Origin: Lama glama | Taxonomy: Eukaryota | DNA: 64,000 nt | Direction of reading: 5' to 3' | Assembly (NCBI GenBank): GCA_028534125.1 | Contig: CM052832.1 | Coordinates: 18,354,001 to 18,418,000, forward strand | Shown here: piece after piece, positions 26,934 through 39,245 of the stretch | Layout of the letters: each line of letters opens with the position of its first letter | Position numbering within the stretch: position 1 is the stretch's first letter | The notes under the pieces: generated by a model | What the model saw: the letters and a program-made list of their open reading frames with translations, nothing else | Told to the model about the DNA's origin: nothing | Database searches by the model: none | Position numbers and translations under genes: made by a program

Positions 26934-29900
26934 CAATCTGCCACCTAATTTCGTACAGTGGAGTTGGGGCAAAAACTGCTTTTCCATAATTAAATAAAAG
27001 CACTGCCCGTTTGTCGCTCCTGACATTATTACCCCACGTTATCCATTTGCCGTTGCAATTAGTGGCTCACCCCAATTACATAAAAACTGTTAAGACTCTC
27101 AGTGATCAGTGTGGTGTAATTGATACGGAGTGATCCTAACATGAAAATTTTAAAACGGTTAGGTGGCTGGGGACTTGTAATAGGCAGTTGGGGTTGACGA
27201 ACTACTTTAGGTAACGCAATTTGTTAAAGTCTCCATGGGAGGCTAAACTGAAGGCTGGGAAACGGCGGGAAAAGGAAGGGACGCCATTGAACTTGGCATA
27301 CTCAGTCTCCACTAGAGAACCTTCCTTTTACTTGGCACCCGCGGGGAGGGTGTGGGCGGGGAAATTCCACCTTCCCTGAAGCAGTTTCCTCATGATGTTT
27401 GCTCCAGGCAGCTTTTAAGGTGAAAGACACACTTTTTCCATTTTGTCAAAGCCTAGAACACATTTTCAATACCTAGGAGTAAGTAAAGTTTGCTTTCCCT
27501 GTAAAAACGTGAGGAGAGAAATTCTGTCAGAAGGAAAACAAAATTTTTTATGATTTTAGATTACACTATTATTTAGGTTACTTAACATAAGGACCGGTAA
27601 TCTTAAATCTGCAGTTTTCTTTGACATCTGGGAAAAACAGTAAGGCCTGTCTGGCTCTAAACAGGCCTCATTTTTTCAACACTGGCTGCCTAACCTGGAA
27701 GTTGCCTGAAAAATCCGGGGAACCCCTGACCTAATTTAGATAGAAATGTAAATATGAGACAATGGCGGATGCTTGTCATGGGAGCTCCTCAACCAAACTC
27801 TTGAGTTTTCCCAAGTCTTTCAACAACTGAAATTGGGATTTTTCCTATGACTAGTGAGCCGGCCCAAGGACTGATCGTCCAATCTAGACTGACCTCTCCT
27901 CACTGTCAACTAGTTTACCCCCCCAAAAATGTGCTAAGAGATTCACTATCCAGGCTGACTACCAAGTTTCTGTTTCTTATCTTTTTTTTTTTTTCCCTTC
28001 CCTTCTGCCCTTTTCCTCATATATAAGTTCTGGTTTGCCATTGTTGGATGAAATAATTCAATTGCTTGTTTTCTCTTCAATACAAGAGCAGGCTGGATAA
28101 TCATTAATTCCTTGGTCATTTATTTCTGAAGATTCCACCAAGACATTGTTTAACTGAGTCCTACCATAGGAATCAAAGAAATGCGTGTGACCTGAAAATT
28201 GGATCTTTGTTAGCCCTGGACACTTGAGTTTTCTGATCATCTTCCCTTGGCATTTGCATACTAAAATTTGTTTTGCCCAAGTTTGTTTCTTATTTTGGTT
28301 CTTAGATTGTATTCTGTCTATTGGCTAGACATAGTGGGTTTATGGTCAGATCATTAAGTCAGATCGCAGGGAACCTGGAATCGTTCATCTGTTAATCTTT
28401 TTTGCGTTTTGTGTTTGTCCAAGGATTCTGATATTCTCTGGCATTTGAGAACACAAGAGCAGGAAGTTGATGTTTTTCTTTTTGGCCTTTGATGGGATTC
28501 ACTGTGTTTGGTGTTTTGTGTCTGTATACTGTGGGTTCTTTTAACTAAAGCTGTTTCTTTTCTCCTTTCAAAACTGTCTTTTATCATGATTACTCAGTAT
28601 GAATCCAAATAATTGTCAATATCTGCAAAAATAACATTCATGCTTCAGAGATAATATGAATATAAAACAGTTGCCCAAAACTTTTAACTTTAATAAAGTG
28701 TTAAGACCTAACAGGAGACTTAGGACAAGAAAGAAAACAAGGAAACCAAATCTCCAGCATGCAACTGGCCTATCTCTTGCTATGCTGAAGTGTCTAAAGT
28801 TTATGATTCAGTAAAATATTGTCCCTTCAGCCTTTTTAAGGTTAGAGAGGAGAGAGAAGAAATGTGCCATTATAAATAGAATTATTGAGTCAGAAGAAAA
28901 AGAAAGGGCTCCCAATACCTGTATAAAACAAACATTTAATAGTTTCTAAACCTTAATGAGTTCATTGTGAGGATGGCTCTGGAAACTAGAATTTCCTACC
29001 AAACTTAGAAGGGTGTCAGAATTTACACAAATTCTCAGCAACAGTAATCCCTGAAGGATTTCTGATCTTAATCCATTTGTTTCTTTAACTGATTAACACA
29101 TACCATCTCTGGCTCTGTTTTTACATTAAATCTCTTTAAATTTTGTTCCAGTTTCACAATTAGCTCCTCTAACTCGTGCAATGATTGAGAATATTTTCCG
29201 CTTGATGAAGACAAATAATTTTCAGCAAATTATCTACCTTAACAAGAAATTTAAAAATTATAATGTAAACTTACATATTAAAGAGATTATATGAAGACTA
29301 AAAAACATATCAGTTTAAAATAAGACCAAAAATCAAATTCAGATGCTTTAAATGTGCTACCTCTTTAAAATGTAATTCAGAAGAAAAAGAAAAAAAAATT
29401 TTTTTTTTGAAAAAGAAAACTTAACTGAATTTATTTAGTGGTCTTATTTAACAGGTTACAACATAAGAAGCAAAACAGAACTACTCAAATTATTTTTAAA
29501 ATTTTAATACATGTATGTAATCTAATAGAAAAACACATATTTCTAATCAAGATAACTTTTTGGATAAATTTGTTGGCTTAAAATTTTGCTTTACAGAATG
29601 GCTCTATGTCTCTTTCTTTCTTATTGTCATAATGTAAAAATAATGTTAGTGTAATATTCTAGTTTACATAAGCATAGGGGTTATTTTCTTTAAAAAACAC
29701 TAATTAATTTAAATTTACTAAATTTTTTCAACCTGATTAGTTGACATCACTTTATTTAAAATTTTACAGTTATAAATTATGCATTGAACTAAATCAAATC
29801 ACAAGATAATGACAATGTAGATAAATAATGTCATTTTAAAAACAGAATTAATTTCTACGTTATAAATCATAAGGACTCAGTGTGTCGGCTTAAATATTGA

Positions 29901-32089
29901 GTTCAAAGTCTATGGATAACTTTAAAAATTGAGACGAATATTAAATTGAGTACATTGATGCCTAATCTTTGGATACCTGAACAATTTCTTGAGAGTTTCT
30001 ACAGAATCACTAATTGTTTTCTTTGAAAATCCTCTTTGGTCTATGTAAAAAGAGAATGTCCATTCTGAACTCTTTTTTACTGAAAATAATGTACAAATAT
30101 GCTATCCTGTTCCTAGGCAGTCTACAGGCATTTTCTCCCTTCTATTATACAAATTATCTTTTTTTTTTTTTTAACTGTTTGGATGTAATCAATCGTTTGG
30201 CATACCTTATACACAGTAAACAGTGTGTTAATAATTAACTAAATGTCTTTGAGTTACTGTTTGACAAACCTACCACTCTGAGTCTGTGGGTGGTAATAAT
30301 TACCTACTCTTTAAGATGGGGTGAAAGTTAAATGAAATAGCAAATATAAAATACTTGTCCTAGAAATGGTATGATGTCAGCTAAATGGCTGTACAGCATT
30401 GCTCCTTGATGACAAAAGTGTAGCCTCTGGAGGTAGGACCTCCAAGTTTGACTCCCAGCTTTTCAACTATTAGCTGTGAGACTGAGTCAAGTCAGTAATC
30501 TCTCTTTGCCTCTTCTGTATCTTGCAGATGATGGTAATAGCACCTACCTTCTAGATGTTTGTGACGATCAAAGATCTTTAATGCATAGAACATACTTTAG
30601 AGAGTGCCTGGCAGCTGGTGGGTGCTCATTCGTTGTGTGATGTTTGAAAAGTTTCATTTATGACCTTCTTAATACCCTAAAGGGACCTATGGGAGCTCAT
30701 AACTGAAGACCTTGGTAGAAGCTAGTCTTCCTTAAATGATAGGAATTTCACGAGTGATATGAAAAGATTGCCAGCTGATTCCATGGATTTTACCTTGGTC
30801 CAACAGATTGAAAGCAAATGCATTTTTTTCCCCACTCATATTTAATTAGAGCTCTAGACATATACCTAAGGAAATAAAGAATGATAGTTATCTTTTGTTG
30901 AGCCTTCCAGATTTAGAAGGGTGTGTAGTCAGCATTTTTTCAGGGAGTTCCAGAGTCCTAACCTGAAAAGCGTTAAACATTAGTTAGCATTTCCAAACTT
31001 TCACCCTGTGCAATCCTGGATGATGACTAAGCATAAAAATAAGTTGGGCCAAATACACAGCTGCCTGTGACCTTGCCAGCAAGACATTCTAGGGTCTGAC
31101 TACATTCTTTGGACTCTCAAAATCAGCTGGACAGATCCTCAGGAATTAGGTGTTTATTATAAATTAGGAAAAAGAGATAATCTGGAGAATCAGCTACTTT
31201 CTTACTGTCACTTCAGTTCTGAGGGAGGAAAATGAGACTTTGATTATTTCATTTAAAGACTTACATAGCGTTATCACCCAATAAGCAATTTGCATAATAA
31301 TTTATAGAAAAAGCTGGTTTCATCTTGCTATGGGTATTGGTGGTATTAGAGCCCTATCCAGCTGCAGGCTCCAACGGATGAAGGAACAGAAATGATGGGG
31401 CTTGTCTCATGCTATGAGGACACTGAAATACTTCAGGAGACAATACTGGGGTAAAACCTTGACCTCATCACTCATGGCCCTAAACTTGTCTTCTAAGCAA
31501 ATCAAGTTCTCCGACAGTAAAATAATTGGCTTCAAAAGCAATGAGGATAAAACTTTGTTCTTCTTTTCTTTTCTTCCTCTTCTCCTCCCCTTCTCCCTTC
31601 TTCTCTTTTCTTTTCCTTTATTTTCTTTTCACTTTTTCTCCCTGCTATAATTGGCCCAAACTCAGCTGTAGGACAGGATATAAAAATATTGATGATTACA
31701 ATGTACCACTTTTATTGTTGGATTTACTGAAATGACTGGTGTGATAGATGTTAGTTACTAATTTGTAAACACTCTACAGGCATTTGGGCTTTAATGCACT
31801 GAAATAAGTATTTTTTTAAATGGAAATAAATTAGTAAACAAATACAATTATGTGTTTAAGAATTCTACACAGATGATGCAAGTTTTGAGATCTTGAATGG
31901 AAGAAAGACTGCTAGCCTCAAAAGTGGTCAAGGATGCCCAGCAAGCATCAGGGTAAGACATTTTTGGAGGCTTGGGAAAGTGCTCAGGGTCCTTGACTCT
32001 AAGCATTAGAGAGACTGAGCCTGGCCCTGTCAATTCTAGACATAAATAATGATGAATGGACTAGAATTTCAATAAATATATATTTTTAT

Positions 32090-32455
32090 ATGATTTTTTT
32101 TAAAAAGACCAGTTTTAGGTTTACAACAAAATTGAGAAGAAGGTACAGAGGTATTCCATATATCCCCTACCCCCACCCCTGCCACCCTTCCACATTGTCA
32201 ATATCACTCACCAGAATGGCACATTTTTTTTAACTGAACCAATGTTGACAGAACAGCATAATCACCCAAAGTTCATAGTTGACCTTAGAGTTCACTCTTT
32301 TTTGTTGTTGTATTCTTTTCCTTTCTTATTTTTTTTTTTTATTCTTTTCTAAGTCCCTTTAGGGTTCACTCTGGTACATTCTATGGGTTTGGGCAAAAGT
32401 ATAATGAATTACATTCATCATTATAATATCATACAGAATTTTCTACTGTCTTAAC
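32090..32455 (-). mobile_element. Old L1 3' end fragment
   Basis: cagttttaggtttacaacaaaattgagaagaaggtacagag…cataatcacccaaagttcatagtt resembles an antisense L1M 3' terminus. Confidence 0.6.
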
Positions 32456-35400
32456 ATGATCAGAAATTTTAATAAAATGGAAATAAGAGGAAGGGGCTGT
32501 CATCCTTTTAGCATGTGAGCTGGAGCCTCATGGAGGGTCTGGAATGGGCCTGAAAGAGCTACATCTTGCCTTTAGGATACTCCAAACATCTGAAACAGTT
32601 TGCTGGGCTCTTCCCCTGCCCACTGTCTGCAGCCTCTGTGGTCCTCTCTCTCTCATGGTCTATACTGCAGCCAGATTTGCACAAGCTCTGCTTTTCCTGT
32701 TTTTCTGCCTCCCACATACGCTAGACCTCCATTTTTAATATTTTGCCCTCCTTCCAGCCTAGCAAACTCCTCCTCATCCTACAGACATCTGCTTGGCCAT
32801 CACCTTTTCTAGGAGGTTTCTCTGACCATCCCTTCCCAAATGCTCTGTGTAACCACTACAGTTTGCACTTAACTGTCATGACTTGTCTAGTTGTCACCCC
32901 CAATAGGCTCTGAGCTTCAATTTGGTCACCACATAATCCTTACTGGCAATTCCTGAGCCTGGCATACAGCAGTGCACAAAAATGATTGAGTTACTCGATT
33001 CATTCAATAAACTTTTTTGAATACTTACTGTGTACCAAGCTCCTGTGTGCATATATCAGTGAACAATATCACCAAATCCTTTTCTGCAGAGAGTGAGGAC
33101 TTTAGGAGAAACATAATATATAAGCGACAGATCTAGTTTCTAAGAAGGTGAGTGTCATGGAGGGAAAAAAAAAAAGAGATGAGAACAGGATTAGGGAGAG
33201 GAGGGCCTTTGGGGTGGGGTTGGGGGGGATTACATGATCTGCCAATGAATGAAATGCGACCCTGCTATCCTAGGGGCTAAATGGAGTCAGCTTATGTGGT
33301 AGAAGCATTGAGATGCTTAACATTTGCTTGGGGGAAATACTTGTTAATCACTGTCTAGGCAACCAGATCTAAGATTAAGCCCTGGGCTTGATGGGTTGGT
33401 AGGGGTTTGTGCAACTATGAATGGCAATGTTGAGTTTGCATCAACAGACAAACCCTCAACTCAAAACAAGGTAAGATGTCCAAAACTCAGTGGCTACACA
33501 CAAGAGAAAGTTATTACTATATTATATAACATCCCATCACAAGGAAGGAGTGGGGTTCAGCTCCACAGCCTTTCTCAGACAAAGTGTCCTTCCATCTCGT
33601 GCCTCAGCCTCCCTCTGGTCTTGGAGACATCAGACCAGCAGACACAGAAGAAAGAAAGATGCCTCAGGGAGGGAGATTTTCATGGGCCAGGCTTGGAAAT
33701 GGCACACATCACCTCTGCCCACAGTCTTTTGGCCAGAACTCAGTCTCAGCACCACCTTCCTGCCAGGGAAACCAGGGAAATTTAGACTGACCTGGAGACC
33801 AGGCAGAGAAACAGGAGTTGATGGATGCAGAGCAGGTGAACTCTCAGTCATCACATCCAGTTCTCTTTTGCCTCCTTCTATTCTCCTTTCCCTTTTTCCT
33901 CTTCCTCTTACCCTTTGGTCCCTTTTAAGAGTCCCCACAATAGCTTCTCATAGGCCAGTTTTGGGATGGTCTCAGGAGAGGATTTCTTACCTTTCTCCTC
34001 CAGACCTAAGGACCATCCTCTGGCTCTTTGTCCTCCAGCTGCTAAGGAGCCGTCTTCTTGGAACTGATTGTCTCCTTGGAAAAGGACAAAGTCACTACCC
34101 TCTCGGCACTTACATCTTATCTGGGGAAGACAGAAAACAAGGAATAATTAAAAAGAGGAATAAATGTTCCAGAAAGGGAGAAGGTAGAGCAGGGATAGGG
34201 GATTAAGGGAGCAGTAGATATAATTTGCATATTAACATTAATTAAAATGCTTAATATAACAAAAGTAGCTAACACCAGTGTAGCACTTATTATATGCCAG
34301 GTACTTTTCTGAGTGCTTTACTGTATTAACTCAATTTATTCTCAAACAATAAAATGCTATGGAAAGCACATTTGAAACTCTTGGAGGAAGACTCAGTCAC
34401 GAAGAAAAGAGGAGAAATCAAAGCCCTGTTGGTTCTACCTTTGAAGAGTTTTGAGTACTTGGCCCTCTTTTTCTAGTACCACCATTACTGCCCTCATTCT
34501 GGCCGTGAGCTTGTGAGGACAGGTGTGAATGTAGGCACAGAAAGGGAGAGCTGTGGTTCCCTCCAGCACAGTCTTTAAATTTGGTACCTTTTCAACAGCA
34601 TTGAGAACAACATGTGGCACTTGGAATGTTAAGACTACTATGTTTAAAGCCATAGTGAGTCTGTTAAATTGTTGGAACATCAGAGGTCATAACTTAAGTC
34701 AGCACAGATGGTCAATGGTTTGTGTGGGAGACTGTGCCCCTCACCCGCTAAGAAGGCAGAGCTGCCTCCTCTTTGCCTCTCTCACTACCACCAGGATCTG
34801 CTTCTAGGCAGAGCTTTCTTAAAACCTACCTAAATGTGCAACCATGACCATGCTCTTACAAGTTCACAGAAATCATGTAGCAAGAGATTCACTTTGTAAA
34901 GTGAAGTGATGGCTTGGGTATTAGATGTTTCAAACACAGCTTATAATTACGAGCCATTATATTAGACAAATGTGTAAGCTATTTTCACAGAAACCCATAT
35001 CTCCCCACCCGACTCAGGTGTCAGCCCACAGGTAGTAAAGAGGATTCCTTAACAAGCAAACCCGGCATTTATTTCCCAGGACTGGATTTGGACACCTGGA
35101 CAGCACAAAATCAGGTTGGCCTTTGCCTGCTTGTGAAAAGGAGTTGGAGAAATGCATTTTGTAACAAGGCAAGAAACAGACTGAGCATTTATTTGGGTAC
35201 GTTTCCATTAGACGTTTGATTTGACTTATTTTAAAAGGGAGGATGACTTCATCTGCCAGTAGCCCAGAGGGAACAGCACCTGAGAGAAGGGAGGCTTCTG
35301 GGCACCTTTAAAACTGCTTTGTGTGAGAATAACAATCTTGAACCCTTCAACCTGGCCTCATGCAAGAACTGCTCTCATCCCTCACAGGCAGTACCACAGG

Positions 35401-35777
35401 GCTCACCCCCAAGCACCTGACGGTAGAAAATCCCCACCAGCTGGCCTTTGTCACTATGTCTCACAATACATATATGTTTTTGAGGATGGTGTGGGCATAG
35501 CGGTAAGATCTGAATTAATGAAGCCAGAGGCCAAAACTCAGTTAAGACGCCAGCCACAAGGGGGCCGAGCAGTTAGCGCATGAGAGCCATGTTACTTACC
35601 CCAGGCTTGAGGGTCTGCAACCAATCCGAAGGGACTAAGTGATTTTAGTTACAGGCAACCCACATGCCTGTAGATCATGGTTTATTAGATTGTATTTGCC
35701 CAAATAAGGTCCTACCCGGTAGTTTTTAGACTGTTCTAAAAGAAACTTCTAACTCCACAATGAGACATCAAAGAGAT

Positions 35778-36212
35778 CTGTGTTACTTCCCTCATATACA
35801 CAAGTAATTTTCAGTAAAAATCAGGGCGTGAATAATTTTTTTTCTCCACCAATTGGAAGCCAACCATTTGGAAGACCACCCAGAAGAGATAAGGTAAGTC
35901 TCTTGCTAAAAACTACTTTTAAATTTACAAGGAAAAGAGGAAGTTTCGTTCTTCACTTTGAATTTTGCTGCAAATTGAGGGCTTTTCTGAATAGTTCTGG
36001 CATGCAGGGTCATTTTTCATGAAAAGGGGGAAAGGCATGTGAAATCTGTATCTCTGTGGATTATTCAGCACTGGAATCTGCGCGTTTCCGTGAAGAGGAC
36101 TTTTGCGGGACTCAACTTTTGGGAGTCAAACAAACACAAGTGCTCCTCCCCCAAGGGGCGGGGGCGGTGCCTGAGCGATGCACCAATCACAGCGCTCCCT
36201 ACCCTATATAAA
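35778..36212 (+). promoter_or_regulatory. H1t promoter: TG box, AC box, GC box/TE region, CCAAT, TATA
   Basis: TGTGTTA 35779..35785; AAACACA 36132..36138; GGGGCGGGG 36155..36163; CCAAT 36183..36187; TATATAAA 36205..36212. Confidence 0.88.
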
Positions 36213-36277
36213 GCCCTGTGGAACGGCGGCATTTTACGTTCCCTGCTGAGCGCTACCGTTTGCTTTGATCTGATGAA

Positions 36278-36898
36278 ATGTCTGAGACAGCACCAGTAGC
36301 TCCAGCCGATCTGGTTCTAGCTCCCATGGAAAAACCTCCGGTTAAGAAGAGAGGCAGGAAGCCGGTTGGCTTGACGGGTGCGAGTCGAAAGACTACAAAC
36401 CCTTCGGTGTCCAAGCTGATCATCGAGGCCCTTTCGATGTCCCAGGAAAGAGCTGGCATGTCCCTGGCCGCGCTGAAGAAGGCGTTGGCAGCCGCGGGCT
36501 ATGATGTAGAGAGAAATAACAGCCGTATTAAGTTGGGTCTCAAGAGTTTGGTAACGAAGGGGATCCTGGTGCAGACCAGGGGTACTGGTGCTTCCGGCTC
36601 TTTCAAGCTCAGTAGAAAGTCTGCTCCTGAGCCTACCAAGGTTAGAAAGCCTGCTTCTACCAAGGCCAAGAAGCTGGTTTCATCTAGAGACGTTAAGTCT
36701 CCAAAGAGTGCCAAGAGCAACAAGACCGCTAAAAAGCCTAGGGCAACAACGGCTCGGAGTGGCAGGAAAGCGAAAGGAGCGAAGGCCAAACAACAACGGA
36801 AGAGTCCAGCAAAGGCCAGGGCAGGAAATCTTAATAAAGCTGGGAATCCGAAGTTGACCCAGCAGAAAACAAGTTCTAGGAGGGCAACCAAGAAGTAA
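36278..36898 (+). CDS. H1-6: Testis-specific linker histone H1t, 206 aa
   Basis: [10 protein letters not shown]…[13 protein letters not shown]…[36 protein letters not shown]; Arg-enriched tail; tail-to-tail with H4, next to HFE. Confidence 0.95.
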   Translation: MSETAPVAPADLVLAPMEKPPVKKRGRKPVGLTGASRKTTNPSVSKLIIEALSMSQERAGMSLAALKKALAAAGYDVERNNSRIKLGLKSLVTKGILVQTRGTGASGSFKLSRKSAPEPTKVRKPASTKAKKLVSSRDVKSPKSAKSNKTAKKPRATTARSGRKAKGAKAKQQRKSPAKARAGNLNKAGNPKLTQQKTSSRRATKK

Positions 36899-36927
36899 GA
36901 CTGGAAAAGACAAATACAGAACCCAAA

Positions 36928-36948
36928 GGCTCTTTTAAGAGCCACCCA
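36928..36948 (+). terminator. Histone 3' stem-loop (H1-6)
   Basis: GGCTCTTTTAAGAGCC 36928..36943 plus ACCCA. Confidence 0.96.
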
Positions 36949-38780
36949 AAAGGTTTTTAAAAGGGTGTAACTCTAATTGTGTGTCTTTAACGAGAGCTAC
37001 CGCCAGTGGCGTTGCCAGGAGGCAAGATTGAGGTGAAAGGGCGTCTCTTAGGCACAAACCTTAGACTCACACCCCGGTTCAGAGTCCAAGGGGGACACTG
37101 GTGGTGTCCAGTGTGAGAGAGCTAGATTGTATACTGTCTTTGGAAGAGCGTATCTGTTTACACTCAGACTAAAAGAAGGGTCAGCTCCGTGCCTAGCCCT
37201 GCCTGATGGTGTTTTGTCACAAATGATACTCCAGTATACATACATACTTACAGTGCCATCTGAAGTATTAAACGAGGTGTCCCTTTAATTATATAGGGGT
37301 TTAATTTATAGGAATCAGGGTGTTTCAGTTTGGATTAGTGGGAATATTTTTTTAACCTGTCTAGTCTTTAACTGAATTTTCGTAACTGGGATTAGCCTTT
37401 AGAAATCAAGTATTTTCGGTTTAACATTTGCAAGAATATTGAAATACTGTTCATCCACATTATTTTGGAAGTAGCTACTGGATGTTCATATGTTAAGCAC
37501 ATGCATTGTTACATTGAAATTTTGGTTTGATAATTATTCTAATATGATTGGTCTAATACAACTGATTTTTTTTAATTTGTGTAATGTATAGATTTGTCCA
37601 GATCGTGCTCCACAGGCTGAAAATACTAACCCTAAAACATTGATAAAAATGTTGGGAGGCTGCAGCGTTGTTACGTTCCGAAGTGAACCTTCTAAATCAC
37701 AAAACTGCTTGTATTAGGAAATGCTCAGGGTCTGAGTTGAAGCATCACTCTGACTTTAAAAGTTAGTTTTCACTTAATTTGTGATTTAGCATTCTTAAAG
37801 ATCCCCGCAAATGATAAATTCATACTGTTATTTTTGGCATCAGTGTTTGGGGCAATTTTGAACAAAGCACAATGCAAAAACTACATAATGCATTCCCTCA
37901 AATACAAGTATGTTCTACAGACAACTCACTAGGACATAGCTTTTCTGAATTCACTTGTATAACGGCCTTGGAAAAAATTGTATCCTACGTGGAAAACGGC
38001 TAAACACAGTGGTTTAAATTTTATAGAATCAGCCACAGCCCTGCTTTCCTTGGATAAGGTAGCCATTGTTTCCCTTTGAGATTGGAGTTGCAATAGTGCA
38101 GGAAACTCCTCACTTGCCCTTCAAGGCACTAAGCTTCTCTGTGTCATAGAGGAAAAGGATGAACGTACAGCTTCACCCCGCCCAGCAGCCAGCCAGTCTG
38201 ACCCCAGCACTATTAAGAGTCTGTATAGAACCGGTTCGGTGACCCTGTGTCTCTTTACTCCTTGAGCTCTTTAGTGCCCGCGTACACTGGGTTAAAAAGA
38301 ACGTTAACCAATCAAGGTTTTTCCTCCAGTTCCGGAGGCCACTAGGAAACCCCCTGGTAGTTTTGGCCAATAGGAACATGGCATTGCTTGTAATGCCACC
38401 CTCCGCAATTTAGCAGTGGGTCTCACCACACCGAGAATCGTCGAATGAGAGCTCGTCCCCCAACAGCCTTCATTTACATAGCTGTATATTGTGTGGGCTG
38501 ATAGTGTGAGCTTTTGTGCTAGGGATGCCACCAGCAGTCTAAAGGACTTTTCTCAAAACTTATACACATCTCTCAGGGAGTCTTTCTAATCAATCCATTG
38601 TTCACACCTTTTCTACCCCTCCCAAAAGCCTAGGTTCTTTGTGAAAAAACCCGTTTCTCACACTTCAGGCGTAATACCCCGTAGTTAGTTACCTGACTGC
38701 GTTAGTAAATGCTGCTCTTCTTTAACAGCCGTTTCTACAAACTGTTTGCTTTTACCTACTCAAACTTCCTGCAAGGTACA

Positions 38781-38821
38781 ACAGCTCTTTCATGATTGTG
38801 TGGGCGGCCCTGAAAAGGGCC
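38781..38821 (-). terminator. Histone 3' stem-loop and HDE (H4C3)
   Basis: Minus strand GGCCCTTTTCAGGGCC (38821..38806) plus GCCCA; AAAGAGCTGT (38790..38781). Confidence 0.96.
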
Positions 38822-38860
38822 TTTGTTTTTAAAGTTTGAAGGATACCGACTCTCATACTC

Positions 38861-39193
<333 letters not shown>

Positions 39194-39211
39194 TCAGCCT
39201 CCACAATGCCT

Positions 39212-39245
39212 TTTAAATAGTATTTTTGCGGACCTGTTTGAAAAC
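39212..39245 (-). promoter_or_regulatory. H4 Site II-type element (HINFP core GGTCCG) and TATA
   Basis: Minus strand GTTTTCAAACAGGTCCGC (39245..39228), then TATTTAAA (39219..39212). Confidence 0.8.

Noticed and set aside
27500..28620. Possible ERV LTR plus internal leader (similar stretches at 39540..40440 and 56355..56870)
   Set aside because: They look LTR-like, but I could not fix termini, a primer-binding site or a family by eye.
33490..34206. 238-aa plus-strand ORF
   Set aside because: Overlaps an MLT-like LTR relic and a pyrimidine tract; GTG start, no domain.
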